From Longimicrobiales bacterium (lineage in GTDB: Bacteria; Gemmatimonadota; Gemmatimonadetes; Longimicrobiales; Gaopeijiaceae), in NCBI GenBank assembly GCA_965116905.1, contig OZ220732.1:1312001-1376000 (forward strand): 64,000 bases of DNA. Reading direction: 5' to 3'. Positions within the stretch are counted from its first letter, which is position 1. Each line of letters starts with the position of its first letter. The position numbers and the translations under genes were made by a program. Under the pieces are notes generated by a model. The model did not search any database and was not told the DNA's origin. It was given only the letters and a program-made list of their open reading frames with translations. Below, in pieces: positions 1 to 9,482 of the stretch.

Positions 1-1
1 C

Positions 2-538
2 GTGGTGTCCATGCTGGCCGAACTCGAGGTCGGGATGGTCGAAGACGGTACCGCCGTCGGCATGGGACTGGCCACCGCGGTCAAGCGGCTCCAGGCCAGC
101 GAGGCCGCGTCGAAGGTCGTGGTTCTGCTGACCGACGGGCGCAACAACCGGGGCGAGATCGATCCGGTCACGGCGGCGCAGGCAGCCCAGGCGCTGGGTG
201 TGCGCGTCTATACCATAGGGGCGGGCGCTCGGGGGATGGCCCGCGTGCCGGTGCCCGACGGCTTCGGAGGCACGCGTTACGTGACGACCCGGGTCGATGT
301 GGACGAACCGGCCCTGAGAGCGACCGCGGAGACGACCGGGGGGAGGTACTACCGGGCGACCGATCGCGAGAGCCTGGAAGCCATCTACGAGGAGATCGAC
401 CAACTGGAAACGACCGAGATGCTTGTCGAGAACTTCACGAGCTATGGTGAGCGCTTCACGTTCCCGCTGATCCTGGGGCTGATCTTCCTTCTGGCCGAAG
501 TCGTGCTGGGGCGCACCTGGCTGAGGACGCTTCCCTGA
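2..538 (+). CDS. batA: BatA-like VWA domain protein (5' truncated by window edge)
   Basis: DGTAVGMGLATAVKRL, SKVVVLLTDGRNNRGEIDP, RVYTIGAG, C-terminal TM segment; TGATG overlap with next gene. Confidence 0.85.
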   Translation: MVSMLAELEVGMVEDGTAVGMGLATAVKRLQASEAASKVVVLLTDGRNNRGEIDPVTAAQAAQALGVRVYTIGAGARGMARVPVPDGFGGTRYVTTRVDVDEPALRATAETTGGRYYRATDRESLEAIYEEIDQLETTEMLVENFTSYGERFTFPLILGLIFLLAEVVLGRTWLRTLP

Positions 539-1566
539 TGTTCCGCTTCGGTGACGCCGCAGCCCTGTGGGCACTGATCCTGGTCCCCCTCCTCGCCGCG
601 CTGTACTGGTACGCCGGTCGCCGCGGCCGGGTCCTGATGGACCGTTTCGGGGAACACGAGCTTGTGCGGCGCCTGCGGGCCACGGTGAGCGTCACCGCCG
701 CGCGATGGAAGGGCGCGCTCGTGCTGGCGGCGGTCGCGGCCCTCGTACTCGCGGTGGCCCGCCCCCAGTTCGGCACCCGTGTCGAGACACTGCGGCGGCA
801 GGGCCAGGACGTGATGGTGGCCCTCGATGTCTCGCGTTCGATGTACGCCGGCGACGTGGCGCCCAGCCGCCTGGAGCGTGCCAGGATCGAGATCGGAAGG
901 ATCATCCAGCGTCTGGACGGCGACAGGATCGGTCTGGTGGCGTTTGCGGGCGACGCCTTCGTGCAGAGTCCGCTCACGGCCGACTACGGCGCGGCCATGA
1001 TGTTCCTCAGCGCGATGGACCCGGCTTTGATGTCCACGCAGGGAACCGATCTCGCCAGGGCCTTGACGGTGTCCATCGAAGCGCTGGAGGAGACGCCGCC
1101 CGAGAACCGGATCATCGTCGTTGTCACCGACGGGGAGGATCACGAGGGCGGGCTCGCGGAGGCCATTGCGGCGGCGGCCGAGGCCCAGGCCACGGTCCAC
1201 ACCGTGGGGGTGGGGTCGCCGGAGGGCGTGCCGCTGCCCGACGTGGACGGGGTGGAAGCGCGGGGCCGGTTCCGCCGCGATGATCAGGGCAACGTGATCA
1301 CCACGCGCCTGAACGAGACCGCGCTCCAGGACATCGCCCTGCAGACGGGCGGCGAGTACCACCGCGTGGGCGAAGGCGGGGGAGGTCTGGGCCGGCTTCT
1401 GGAAAGGATCGAAGACGGCGGCCGGGAGGTAGAATCCCGTGAGGTCACGCAATTCGAGGAGCAGTTCCAGATCTTTCTCGGGGCGGCGTTGCTTCTGCTC
1501 GTGGTGGAGGTCATCGTGCCGGGAAGGCGAAGGCGTCGGGCCGCAGGACTGGAGGAAGCATCGTGA
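538..1566 (+). CDS. batB: BatB-like VWA domain membrane protein
   Basis: N-terminal BatA-type double TM, ARPQFG, MIDAS DVSRSM, PSRL, DRIGLVAFAG, PLTxDY, TDGEDHEG. Confidence 0.85.
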   Translation: MFRFGDAAALWALILVPLLAALYWYAGRRGRVLMDRFGEHELVRRLRATVSVTAARWKGALVLAAVAALVLAVARPQFGTRVETLRRQGQDVMVALDVSRSMYAGDVAPSRLERARIEIGRIIQRLDGDRIGLVAFAGDAFVQSPLTADYGAAMMFLSAMDPALMSTQGTDLARALTVSIEALEETPPENRIIVVVTDGEDHEGGLAEAIAAAAEAQATVHTVGVGSPEGVPLPDVDGVEARGRFRRDDQGNVITTRLNETALQDIALQTGGEYHRVGEGGGGLGRLLERIEDGGREVESREVTQFEEQFQIFLGAALLLLVVEVIVPGRRRRRAAGLEEAS

Positions 1567-2369
1567 GATTCCGTCGCTCGCATCTCGTCCTGTGGGCGGC
1601 CGCTTTGGTGGCCGCCGCGGTGTCCCTGGGGATTGCGGGCCCCGCGCAGGGCCAGGAGGGCCGCCGGGAAGTCGAGGCCGGAAACCGGCTCTATGAGGAA
1701 GGACGCTTTCAGGAGGCGCACGCCCGCTACCTGGAGGCGCTCGAGCGGGTGCCGGGGCTGCCGGTCGCGCGCTTCAACGAGGGCAGCGCCCTCTACCGGA
1801 GCCAGGAATTCCAGCGGGCGATGGAGGCCTTCCTCGAGGCGGCCGAGGGAGCGGATCCGGAGTGGCAGGCAGACGCGCTGTACAACCTCGGGAACGCGTT
1901 GATCCGGCAGCAGCAGCCCGGACCGGCGGCCGAGGCCTACAAGCAGGCGCTGCGTCTGGATCCCGGCGACCAGGACGCGAAGCACAACCTCGAACTGGCC
2001 CTGCAGCAGCTTGAGCAGCAGGAGCAGCAGCAAGGCGGCGAAGGCCAGGAGGGCGACGACCAGAACCAGGACCCGCAGCAGCAGGGAGAGAGCCAGCCAC
2101 AGCCCCAGGGCAACGAAGAGGGCGAACAGGAGAACAACCCCTCGCAGGGGGAAGACGGGCAGCCGCAGCCCCAGCCCCAGGACGGCTCGCCCGAAGGCGA
2201 ATCGCCGCCCGAAGACCAGCAGGACGGGGAGGGGCAATCGGACATGCCGCCCCCCCAGATGACGCCCGAGCAGGCCGAGCGACTGCTTCAGGCGATCACC
2301 GAGGATCCGGGAGAGGTGAACCGGAAGGCGGCCCAGGCCCGAGGCCGGCGCCCCAGGAGGGACTGGTAG
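1563..2369 (+). CDS. batC: BatC-like TPR protein with Gln/Glu-rich tail
   Basis: Signal peptide, TPR motifs (YNLGNAL, YKQALRLDPGDQDAKHNLELA), Q-rich linker, terminal RDW; position in bat operon. Confidence 0.8.
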   Translation: MRFRRSHLVLWAAALVAAAVSLGIAGPAQGQEGRREVEAGNRLYEEGRFQEAHARYLEALERVPGLPVARFNEGSALYRSQEFQRAMEAFLEAAEGADPEWQADALYNLGNALIRQQQPGPAAEAYKQALRLDPGDQDAKHNLELALQQLEQQEQQQGGEGQEGDDQNQDPQQQGESQPQPQGNEEGEQENNPSQGEDGQPQPQPQDGSPEGESPPEDQQDGEGQSDMPPPQMTPEQAERLLQAITEDPGEVNRKAAQARGRRPRRDW

Positions 2370-2370
2370 G

Positions 2371-2412
2371 CGTGACTGTCGGATCACGAATCGTGACTGT
2401 CGGATCACGAAT
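2371..2412. repeat. Perfect 21-bp tandem duplication (CGTGACTGTCGGATCACGAAT x2)
   Basis: Seen directly at batD start. Confidence 0.9.
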
Positions 2413-4234
2413 CGCGGCGTGCGCGAGGTGGTCGGGCTTGTTCGCCCTCTGGATCGCCGGCCTTGGCTTGCCCGTTGCCGCTGTTGCACAGGACATCGGC
2501 GCGCGGGCCTTCCTCAGCAGCCCGCAGGTGGGCGTGGGGCGCCAGTTCGTGCTGAATGTGGAGGTCTCGGGCACGCAGCAGCTCGACACGGATCCCGTGC
2601 TTCCCGACATGGAGGACTTCGCCAGCTTCCTGAGCGCCGGTACGTCCACGTCGATCCAGATCGTGAACGGCCGCACCAGCATGGCGATCACGTACCAGTA
2701 CCGATTCCAGGCGCTGACCGAGGGGACGTTCGAGATTGCGCCGGTGAGCGTCACGGTCGGTGACGAGGTGGTGCAGACCGAGCCCGTCACCCTGGTGGTG
2801 TCGGACGCCCCGCCGCCGCCCGATGCCGGCGCCGATCCGGCGGATCCCGGTGCGGCCATCGGACCCGACGATCTTTTCATCGAGACCCGGGTTTCCAGCG
2901 AGCGCGCCTTCGAGAACGAACCCGTCATCGTCGAATACCGGATCTTCACACGGGTTCCGGTGCAGTCGTATGCGATCACGACCCTCCCCCAGGCGACGGG
3001 CTTCTGGACGGAGGAACTGGAACAGCCCGCCTCGCCGCAAGCGGAACGCGTCGTTCGAAACGGCAGCGAATACCTCACGGCAACCGTGCGGCGGGTGGTC
3101 CTCTTCCCCACGGGACCCGGCTCGAAGACGCTGGACCCGTTGAGTGTCGAGGCGCAGGTGCGGGTGCGTGAACGAAGCGTCTTCGATCCCTTCAGCGACA
3201 TCTTCGGACGATCGAGTCTCTTCGACCAGCGGGTGCCGGTGGTGGTGGCGTCGAGGCCGGTTGCCATCGAGGTGCTTCCGCTTCCGCAGGCGGACCGGCC
3301 GGGGTCGTTCGCCGGGCACGTGGGCACACTCGGCGTATCGGCTTCGGTGGACCGCGCCGCCGTCGAGGCCAACGAGGCGGTGACTCTGACGGTGGAATAC
3401 GCCGGCACCGGCAACCTGCGGACTCTTGCGCCGCCCGACATCGTTTTTCCGGTCGAGTTCGAGACGTTTCCGCCCGAGACCAGCGAGCGCATTGCCGAGG
3501 GCGGAGGAAGCCTGCAGGGGAGCCGCAGCTTCGCATACGTGCTGATCCCGCGGGTGCCCGGCGAGTTGACCATCCCGGAGGTCGAGGTCGCGTACTTCGA
3601 TCCCGCTTCGGGGCAGTACGGCAGCGCGCGGTCCCAGCCCCTGGAGATCAACGTCACGGGTGATGCGGCGGAGGGGGAAGGTGCGGGCGCCGTCCCCACG
3701 GCCGTGGAGACCATCCGCGACGAGATCCGCTTCATCCACGTCGGCACCCCGCGCTTCCGAAGGGTGGGCCTGCCCGTGTACACGACCGGCGCATTCTGGC
3801 TGGTCCTGCTGTTGCCGCTGGCCGCGGTGGGTGGAGCCATGGTCTTCCGCCGTCACCGGGATCGGCTCGAGGGGGATGTGGCCTACGCCAGGGTGAGGAG
3901 GGCGGACCGAATGGCGCGGAAGCGGCTGGCGCGCGCACGGAGTCTGGCGGGCGGCGACCCGCGGGAGTTCTACGCGGAGGTGGCCGGGGCACTCCAGGGT
4001 TTGCTGGCGGACAAGCTCAACCTCGCCGAGGCGGGGATGGTCAGGGAGGACGCGGGACGGGTTGCGGCGCGGCGCGGTGCGTCGGCGGAAACACTGGAGC
4101 GCCTCTTCGCGTGTCTCGACGACTGCGACCGGCAGCGCTTCTCGCCGGCCGGCGCCGAAAGGGAACCGCCGGAGCGCGTCCTGGAGCGCGCGGCGGCGAT
4201 CATGGGCGACCTCGCGCGGGAGTTGTCCCGATGA
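2372..4234 (+). CDS. batD: BatD family protein (start uncertain)
   Basis: Repeated Ig-like BatD segments (TSTSIQIVNG, FWTEEL, GTGNL, YFDP), TM near C-terminus; operon context. Confidence 0.8.
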   Translation: MTVGSRIVTVGSRIAACARWSGLFALWIAGLGLPVAAVAQDIGARAFLSSPQVGVGRQFVLNVEVSGTQQLDTDPVLPDMEDFASFLSAGTSTSIQIVNGRTSMAITYQYRFQALTEGTFEIAPVSVTVGDEVVQTEPVTLVVSDAPPPPDAGADPADPGAAIGPDDLFIETRVSSERAFENEPVIVEYRIFTRVPVQSYAITTLPQATGFWTEELEQPASPQAERVVRNGSEYLTATVRRVVLFPTGPGSKTLDPLSVEAQVRVRERSVFDPFSDIFGRSSLFDQRVPVVVASRPVAIEVLPLPQADRPGSFAGHVGTLGVSASVDRAAVEANEAVTLTVEYAGTGNLRTLAPPDIVFPVEFETFPPETSERIAEGGGSLQGSRSFAYVLIPRVPGELTIPEVEVAYFDPASGQYGSARSQPLEINVTGDAAEGEGAGAVPTAVETIRDEIRFIHVGTPRFRRVGLPVYTTGAFWLVLLLPLAAVGGAMVFRRHRDRLEGDVAYARVRRADRMARKRLARARSLAGGDPREFYAEVAGALQGLLADKLNLAEAGMVREDAGRVAARRGASAETLERLFACLDDCDRQRFSPAGAEREPPERVLERAAAIMGDLARELSR

Positions 4235-4995
4235 AGCGCGCGCTGCTGGCCGCCGCTGTGCTGTGCCTGTCCGCCTTGCCGTCGGCCGTCGGTGCCCAGC
4301 AGGCGCTCTTCGACGAGGGCAACCGCCTGTACCAGGAGGGCGACTTCAGCGCGGCCGCGGCCAGCTATGGCGCCGTTCTCGAGGGCGGATTCGAGTCGGC
4401 AGAGGTGTACTACAACCTTGCCAACGCGCACTTCCGTCTGGGCGATGTCGCGCACGCGGTGCTCAACTACGAGCGGGCGGCCCGGCTGGATCCCGCCAAC
4501 GAGGATATCCGGGCCAACCTGGCGCTCGTCACCCGGATGCTTCAGGACCGGATCGAGCCCCTGCCCCGATTCTGGGTGCTCTCGGCGTTCGAGTGGTGGA
4601 TGACGCTCGTACCGCGTGGATGGCTGGAAGCGGTGGCCGCGGTCTGCTACGTCCTGCTCGGCTCGGCCACGGTGTTGCTGGTGCTGGGCCGCTTCGGCGG
4701 GCGGCGCGCCGTGGCGCTGCGCAGGATCGCGTACGTGGGCGCGGTGGGCACCGTGATCCTTGGGGGGACGCTGCTCGTCCGCGAGGCCGGGTGGGCGACT
4801 CCGGAGCAGGCGGTGGTCATGGCGGCGGAAGCCCGCGTGCTCAGCGCTCCATCGGAAGACGGCGGACTGACGGTCTTCACGCTGCACGAGGGCACGACCG
4901 TAAGAATTGATCGGCGGACCGAAGAATGGGCCGAGATCGTGCTGGCGGACGGCAAGGTCGGCTGGCTGCCGCTGGACGTGCTGGAGGGTGTCTGA
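4231..4995 (+). CDS. batE: BatE-like TPR + SH3 protein
   Basis: ATGA overlap with batD; YYNLANA, LNYERAARLDP, C-terminal LHEGT...WAEIVLADGKVGWLP SH3b-like domain. Confidence 0.85.
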   Translation: MKRALLAAAVLCLSALPSAVGAQQALFDEGNRLYQEGDFSAAAASYGAVLEGGFESAEVYYNLANAHFRLGDVAHAVLNYERAARLDPANEDIRANLALVTRMLQDRIEPLPRFWVLSAFEWWMTLVPRGWLEAVAAVCYVLLGSATVLLVLGRFGGRRAVALRRIAYVGAVGTVILGGTLLVREAGWATPEQAVVMAAEARVLSAPSEDGGLTVFTLHEGTTVRIDRRTEEWAEIVLADGKVGWLPLDVLEGV

Positions 4996-7536
4996 CTATG
5001 CCCTCATTCTGCTCCCGGACGGGTCGGACAGTCCCGTGCCGACCGCGGCCACCGTGACCGGGTAACACTCGTTCATGTACATCATCTGCAGCCGCTCGCC
5101 GACCCGGGCGCGCTCGGCCGGCAGCCAGGCCATCAGCAGGTATTTCCCGACGGATGGGCCCATCCCGGCGGAGGTCACTCGGGACTCCCTGCCCAGGGCG
5201 TCGACGATGCGGTTGCCTCCGGGCGTGAGGATCGGCTCGTTTCCGCCCGTCGGGAAGCGCAGGGTGCCGGACGCGCCGGCATGATCGTCCATGGTGAGCG
5301 TGCACAGGCGCGCGGCCGGCTCCACCTCGCGGGCCTTCAGGTACGCGGCCTTGCCGATGAAGTCCGCCCGCTTCACATGGCGCCGCGCCAGGCCGGCCTC
5401 GACCGGTGAGTACTCGGAGGTGAGTTCGGCGCCCATGAGCAGGTAGCCCTTCTCCAAGCGCGCGGTGGTGCCGTAGACACCGATCCCGACCGGCCGCGCG
5501 TCGAACTCCCGGCCGGCACGCCGGATCGCGTCCCAGAGCGCGAGGCCGTGCTCTGTGCGCGTGTAGATCTCCCAGCCGCTCTCTCCCACGTACGAGATGC
5601 GCAGCAGGGTGGCGGGAATCCCGCCGATGAGCGCCTCTCGCACCGTGCCGTACGGGAACTCGCCCTGGCTCAGGCCGCAGTCCGCGACGCTCGAGACCAG
5701 GGCCCCCGCGTCCGGCCCCCATACCCCGAGCGTGGTCATCGCCGACGACCGGTCCTCGAAGTGCACCGAGCCGTCTTGCGGGAGATGTTTGCGGAACCAG
5801 AAGGCGTCGCGGGCGCCATCGAAGACGCCGGTGACGATGCGAAACCGGTCGTGGGCGAGCCTCTGGATGGTCAGATCGGCACGGAAGCCGCCGTCCGGCG
5901 TCAGGAGCGGCGTGTAGATGGCGCTTCCGGCCGGCCGGTCGCACGGGTTGACCGTCATGCGCTCCAGGTACGGGAGCGCGCCGGGCCCCGAGACGTCGAA
6001 GATCTGGAACGCGCCCAGGTCGACCACGCCGACCCTCTCGCGCAGGTGCAGATGTTCCGCGTTAATGATCGGCGACCACCAGCGCCGGTCCCACTCGTGC
6101 GGGCGGTCCGGGACGTTGTAGCGCTCGACCAGGTCCTGGTTGGAGGCGTACCACTGCGGGCGCTCCCATCCCCGCGCTTCGTAGTATTCGGCTCCAAGCG
6201 CCTCGGTCCGGGGGTGGAACGGCGACCGGTTGATCCCGCGCGCGGACTCCCACTGCTCGCGCGGATGCACGATCCCGTATGTCTTGGGGAAGTGCTCGCG
6301 GCAGCGCGTGCGGACGTGGCGGCCGGTGCGCTCATGGGGCTGGAAGCGGGTGACATCCGACTCGTGCGGATCCAGGAGGCGCGGGTACCCGTGGGTCATC
6401 CACTCGGCGATCAGGCGCGCCGAGCCGGGGCCCTCGCGCACCCACACGGCGGCTGCCGACCAGAGGTTCGCCACCTCGGTCGTCTCGCCCAGCAACTGCT
6501 GGGTGTCGGGCGTGAGCGAGAGCAGGCCGTTGATCGCGTACTGCATCTTGGTGCCGGCCAGGAGTTCGCCCATGATCTCGCGCGCGTGTTCGAGCTGCGG
6601 CGCGAAGTCGAGAGGCGTAAAGGGCAGCTCGGTGGGAGAGCGCTCCGCCTCCGAGACAGAGGGAATCTCTTCGGGCCGGATCAGGATGGGGCGATGCGCG
6701 TATGACCCCACCTCCATGGCTCCGTCGCTCTGCCTTTCATACATGAACGAATCCATGTCGCGCACGATCGGGTAGCCGATCTCGTTGCCCGTTTCCAGCA
6801 GCAGTTCGACCGGACCGAAGTCGGCCATCTGGTGCACCGCCGGGGTGAGCGGGATCGTGGCGCCGGCCATCGCGGCGATGCGCGGACTCCAGACTCCGCA
6901 GGCAATGGCCACATGGTCCACCTCGATGGTGCCGCGGGTCGTGGCGACTGCCCGGATACGGGGGCGGCCGAAGGGAACGGGGTCGACTTCGAGGCCGGTG
7001 ACCTCGGTGTTGTCCAGCACGGTGAGCACGCCCCTGGCCAGCGCCCGCTCGCGCATGATCGTGCCCGCCTTCACCGAGTCGACGACCGACACGCTCGGGG
7101 TATGGAAGCCGCCGAGGATCACGTCCGGGTTGACGAAGGGGACCTTTGCGACGACTTGCCGAGGCGTCAGCAGCTCGCTCTCGATGCCCCATACGCGCGC
7201 CGAGGTCATGCGCCGGCGAAGCTCTTCCATGCGCTCTTCGGTGCGCGCGACCTCGATGCCGCCGCAGGTCGTGTTGACGCCGAGCGCTTCGTACTGGCGC
7301 TGGCTCTCGAGGGTGATCAGCGCGATCTCGCGGCCGTGATCGACGGGGAAGATGAAGTTGGACGCGTGGCCGGTCGATCCGCCGGGGTCGGGGAGCGGGC
7401 CCTTGTCGATGAGTACGAGGTCGTCCCAGCCGAGGCGCGCCAGGTGCTCGACCAGGCAGTTGCCGACGATGCCGGCGCCGATGACGGCGACCCTGGCGGT
7501 CCTTGCGCTGGACGGCAGCGTGGGTCGTTCACTCAT
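4996..7536 (-). CDS. FAD-dependent oxidoreductase with GcvT domain (dimethylglycine/sarcosine oxidase-dehydrogenase family)
   Basis: VIGAGIVG FAD motif, GGSTGHAS, GWERPQWY, LRISYVGESGWEIY, RLEKGY; start at MSERP overlapping the upstream gene stop. Confidence 0.85.
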   Translation of the reverse strand: MSERPTLPSSARTARVAVIGAGIVGNCLVEHLARLGWDDLVLIDKGPLPDPGGSTGHASNFIFPVDHGREIALITLESQRQYEALGVNTTCGGIEVARTEERMEELRRRMTSARVWGIESELLTPRQVVAKVPFVNPDVILGGFHTPSVSVVDSVKAGTIMRERALARGVLTVLDNTEVTGLEVDPVPFGRPRIRAVATTRGTIEVDHVAIACGVWSPRIAAMAGATIPLTPAVHQMADFGPVELLLETGNEIGYPIVRDMDSFMYERQSDGAMEVGSYAHRPILIRPEEIPSVSEAERSPTELPFTPLDFAPQLEHAREIMGELLAGTKMQYAINGLLSLTPDTQQLLGETTEVANLWSAAAVWVREGPGSARLIAEWMTHGYPRLLDPHESDVTRFQPHERTGRHVRTRCREHFPKTYGIVHPREQWESARGINRSPFHPRTEALGAEYYEARGWERPQWYASNQDLVERYNVPDRPHEWDRRWWSPIINAEHLHLRERVGVVDLGAFQIFDVSGPGALPYLERMTVNPCDRPAGSAIYTPLLTPDGGFRADLTIQRLAHDRFRIVTGVFDGARDAFWFRKHLPQDGSVHFEDRSSAMTTLGVWGPDAGALVSSVADCGLSQGEFPYGTVREALIGGIPATLLRISYVGESGWEIYTRTEHGLALWDAIRRAGREFDARPVGIGVYGTTARLEKGYLLMGAELTSEYSPVEAGLARRHVKRADFIGKAAYLKAREVEPAARLCTLTMDDHAGASGTLRFPTGGNEPILTPGGNRIVDALGRESRVTSAGMGPSVGKYLLMAWLPAERARVGERLQMMYMNECYPVTVAAVGTGLSDPSGSRMRA

Positions 7537-8128
7537 GCGCGAATGGTTCGCGCGCGAAGATCCGGCGCACCATGGGCTCGAAGAACTCCAGCGGCAGCGT
7601 GTCGTAGTCCGGATCGAACGAGCACTGGTCCCAGCGGTGACAGAAGTCCACGGCGTCCTGGTACCAGGGGTGGTCGCGGTACTTGTCGCGCGCGTTACGG
7701 TCGCCGCCCACGTGGTGGCCGTAGTAGAAATACTGGAACAGGCCGTGGTGGCGGACGATCCACCAGGTTCGCTCGCTGACATAGGGGCGCAGCAGCAGCG
7801 CGGCCAGCTCTCCGTGGCTGTGCGGGGCCAGGAGATCGTCGATGTCGTGGAGGAGCGCGGCCACCACCATCTCCTCGTCCGCGCCGTCGCGATAGGCGCG
7901 GGTGGCCGACTGCAGCGAGTGCTCCAGCCGGTCTACCTGGTAGCCACCCACCGAACCGGACAGTTCGCGGAGGTGAGCGAGCACCCGGTCGGCGGTGCCG
8001 GCGGCGAACTCGTCCTCGAGGCGCGCGAGCAACTGGTAGTCCTCGCGGGTGCCGTCCGCCATGTGAATGAAGCTCACCACTGGGCCGTTCGGCTGATTCA
8101 TGTCGTCCATGCGATTCATGTCGTCCAT
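7529..8128 (-). CDS. HD-domain metalloprotein (PhnZ-like ligand set, uncharacterised clade)
   Basis: LEHSLQSATRA...AALLHDI...PHSH...RHHG...RWDQ; ~199 aa; start ambiguous owing to an 18-bp duplication (MDDMNR MDDMNQ). Confidence 0.8.
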   Translation of the reverse strand: MDDMNRMDDMNQPNGPVVSFIHMADGTREDYQLLARLEDEFAAGTADRVLAHLRELSGSVGGYQVDRLEHSLQSATRAYRDGADEEMVVAALLHDIDDLLAPHSHGELAALLLRPYVSERTWWIVRHHGLFQYFYYGHHVGGDRNARDKYRDHPWYQDAVDFCHRWDQCSFDPDYDTLPLEFFEPMVRRIFAREPFAHE

Positions 8129-8186
8129 GGGTGGCAACTCGTGCGATGAGGGACTTCGCTGGGAGCGTGGGCGCAGGCGTAAGGCG

Positions 8187-8213
8187 GTGTCAAGGGAGGG
8201 GGGCGCTTGACAC
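8187..8213. promoter_or_regulatory. Inverted repeat GTGTCAAG-N11-CTTGACAC (back-to-back TTGACA boxes) in divergent intergenic region
   Basis: Perfect 8-bp inverted repeat between divergent HD and dioxygenase genes. Confidence 0.5.
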
Positions 8214-8286
8214 GCGCCGGAAGCGCGTGCTCTGATACCGGCAACGCTCGCGTTCGCGCGCTTCAGGCTCACGCACCACGACGACC

Positions 8287-9402
8287 ATGCGTCACTCCAT
8301 CAGCGGCCTCACTCGAAACGCCGATACCCTGACGGCAGTCTGGGGCAGCGGCGAGCAGACCGATCTTCCCTACCTCTGGCTGCGCGACAACTGCGGATGC
8401 AGCGAGTGCCGCGTCGTGCAGACTTCCGAGAAGCGGTTTCACCTCTTCCGGGTGCCTGCCGACCTGACGCCGGCGGAGGTCGGAATCGAGGGCGCCGGAT
8501 CCGCGGACGAAGCCGTCTCGATCGCATGGCCGGACGGACACCGCACCCGCTTTCGGTCGAACGAGATCCATGGTCTGCTGATCCTGCCCCGGTTCGAACT
8601 GCAGTACTGGGCCGGCGGGTTTCAGCCGAGGCGGTTCGACTACCGGCGGTTCCTGGAGAGCGACCAGGCAGCGGCGGAGCTGATCGAGGAGTTTCTGCGG
8701 ACGGGCGTTTGCGTGCTCGTCGACGCGCCGACCGAGCCGGATTCATCCGAACAGCTCGCGACCCGTCTGGGGCCGATTCGCGAGGTGCTGTTCGAGCGCA
8801 TCCACAACGTCAAGCTCGATCCGAAGGGGTACAACATCGCGCACACGGGTCTGGCGGTCGCGCCGCACAACGACTTCACCAGCTACAGCTGGCCCCCCAA
8901 CGTGCAGGCGCTGCACATGCTGGTGAACGAGTGCGAGGGCGGCGAGTCCGTTGTCGTGGACGGCTTCGGCCTGCTCGACGAACTCCGGGACGAGCACCCC
9001 GACAAGTTCGACGCGCTGTGCAGGGTGCCGGTGCCGTTTCGCATCTTCAGCGCGGAGCACGAATGCTATTCGGTCAACCCGATGATCGAGCTGGACGGCG
9101 ACGGCGAGATCACGATGGTGCGCTTCAACACGGCGCAGATGCAGGCCCTTCCCCTCTCGGAACCGCGGCTCGCCGAGTTCTACGCCGGCTACCACGAGCT
9201 GTCCAGGCGCGTCAATGCGCCCCGTGCCCAGGTCACCTTCCGGCTGGAGGGCGGGCAGGTTCTGCTATGCGCCGGACACCGGGTGCTGCACGGCCGCACG
9301 GCTTTGCGCTCAAAGGGGCGGCGCCACCTGCAGGACGCCTACTTCGAGCACGACAACGTGCGCAACCACCTCAGGTGGCTGCGACTCGGCGGGCGGATCT
9401 GA
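8287..9402 (+). CDS. Fe(II)/2-oxoglutarate dioxygenase, gamma-butyrobetaine hydroxylase/TauD family
   Basis: N-terminal WLRDNCGCSEC and WPDGH; HxD (PHNDF); GGESVVVDGF; HRVLHGR distal His. Confidence 0.85.
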   Translation: MRHSISGLTRNADTLTAVWGSGEQTDLPYLWLRDNCGCSECRVVQTSEKRFHLFRVPADLTPAEVGIEGAGSADEAVSIAWPDGHRTRFRSNEIHGLLILPRFELQYWAGGFQPRRFDYRRFLESDQAAAELIEEFLRTGVCVLVDAPTEPDSSEQLATRLGPIREVLFERIHNVKLDPKGYNIAHTGLAVAPHNDFTSYSWPPNVQALHMLVNECEGGESVVVDGFGLLDELRDEHPDKFDALCRVPVPFRIFSAEHECYSVNPMIELDGDGEITMVRFNTAQMQALPLSEPRLAEFYAGYHELSRRVNAPRAQVTFRLEGGQVLLCAGHRVLHGRTALRSKGRRHLQDAYFEHDNVRNHLRWLRLGGRI

Positions 9403-9456
9403 GGCTACTCTGAAGCTTACTCTGAAGCTACTCGGAGGTTACTCGGAAGCTGCACG
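9401..9456. repeat. About 5 degenerate 11-12 bp tandem units (GAAGCTACTCT-like)
   Basis: Seen directly between convergent genes. Confidence 0.75.
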
Positions 9457-9482
9457 GTCGGCTGCGGCGATCCTCCTCCCCC

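Noticed and set aside
2030..2260. CAG-rich stretch as a repeat element
   Set aside because: A Gln/Glu-rich linker is normal for BatC.
7529..8128. Calling the HD protein PhnZ or TmpB
   Set aside because: The phosphonate-binding segments recalled for that clade are not visible, so it was left unnamed.
9401..9456. Short repeats as a possible CRISPR array (also 34703-34760, 41519-41566, 46199-46275)
   Set aside because: Units are 11-22 bp, mostly abutting and without spacer-length unique sequence; no cas genes are present.
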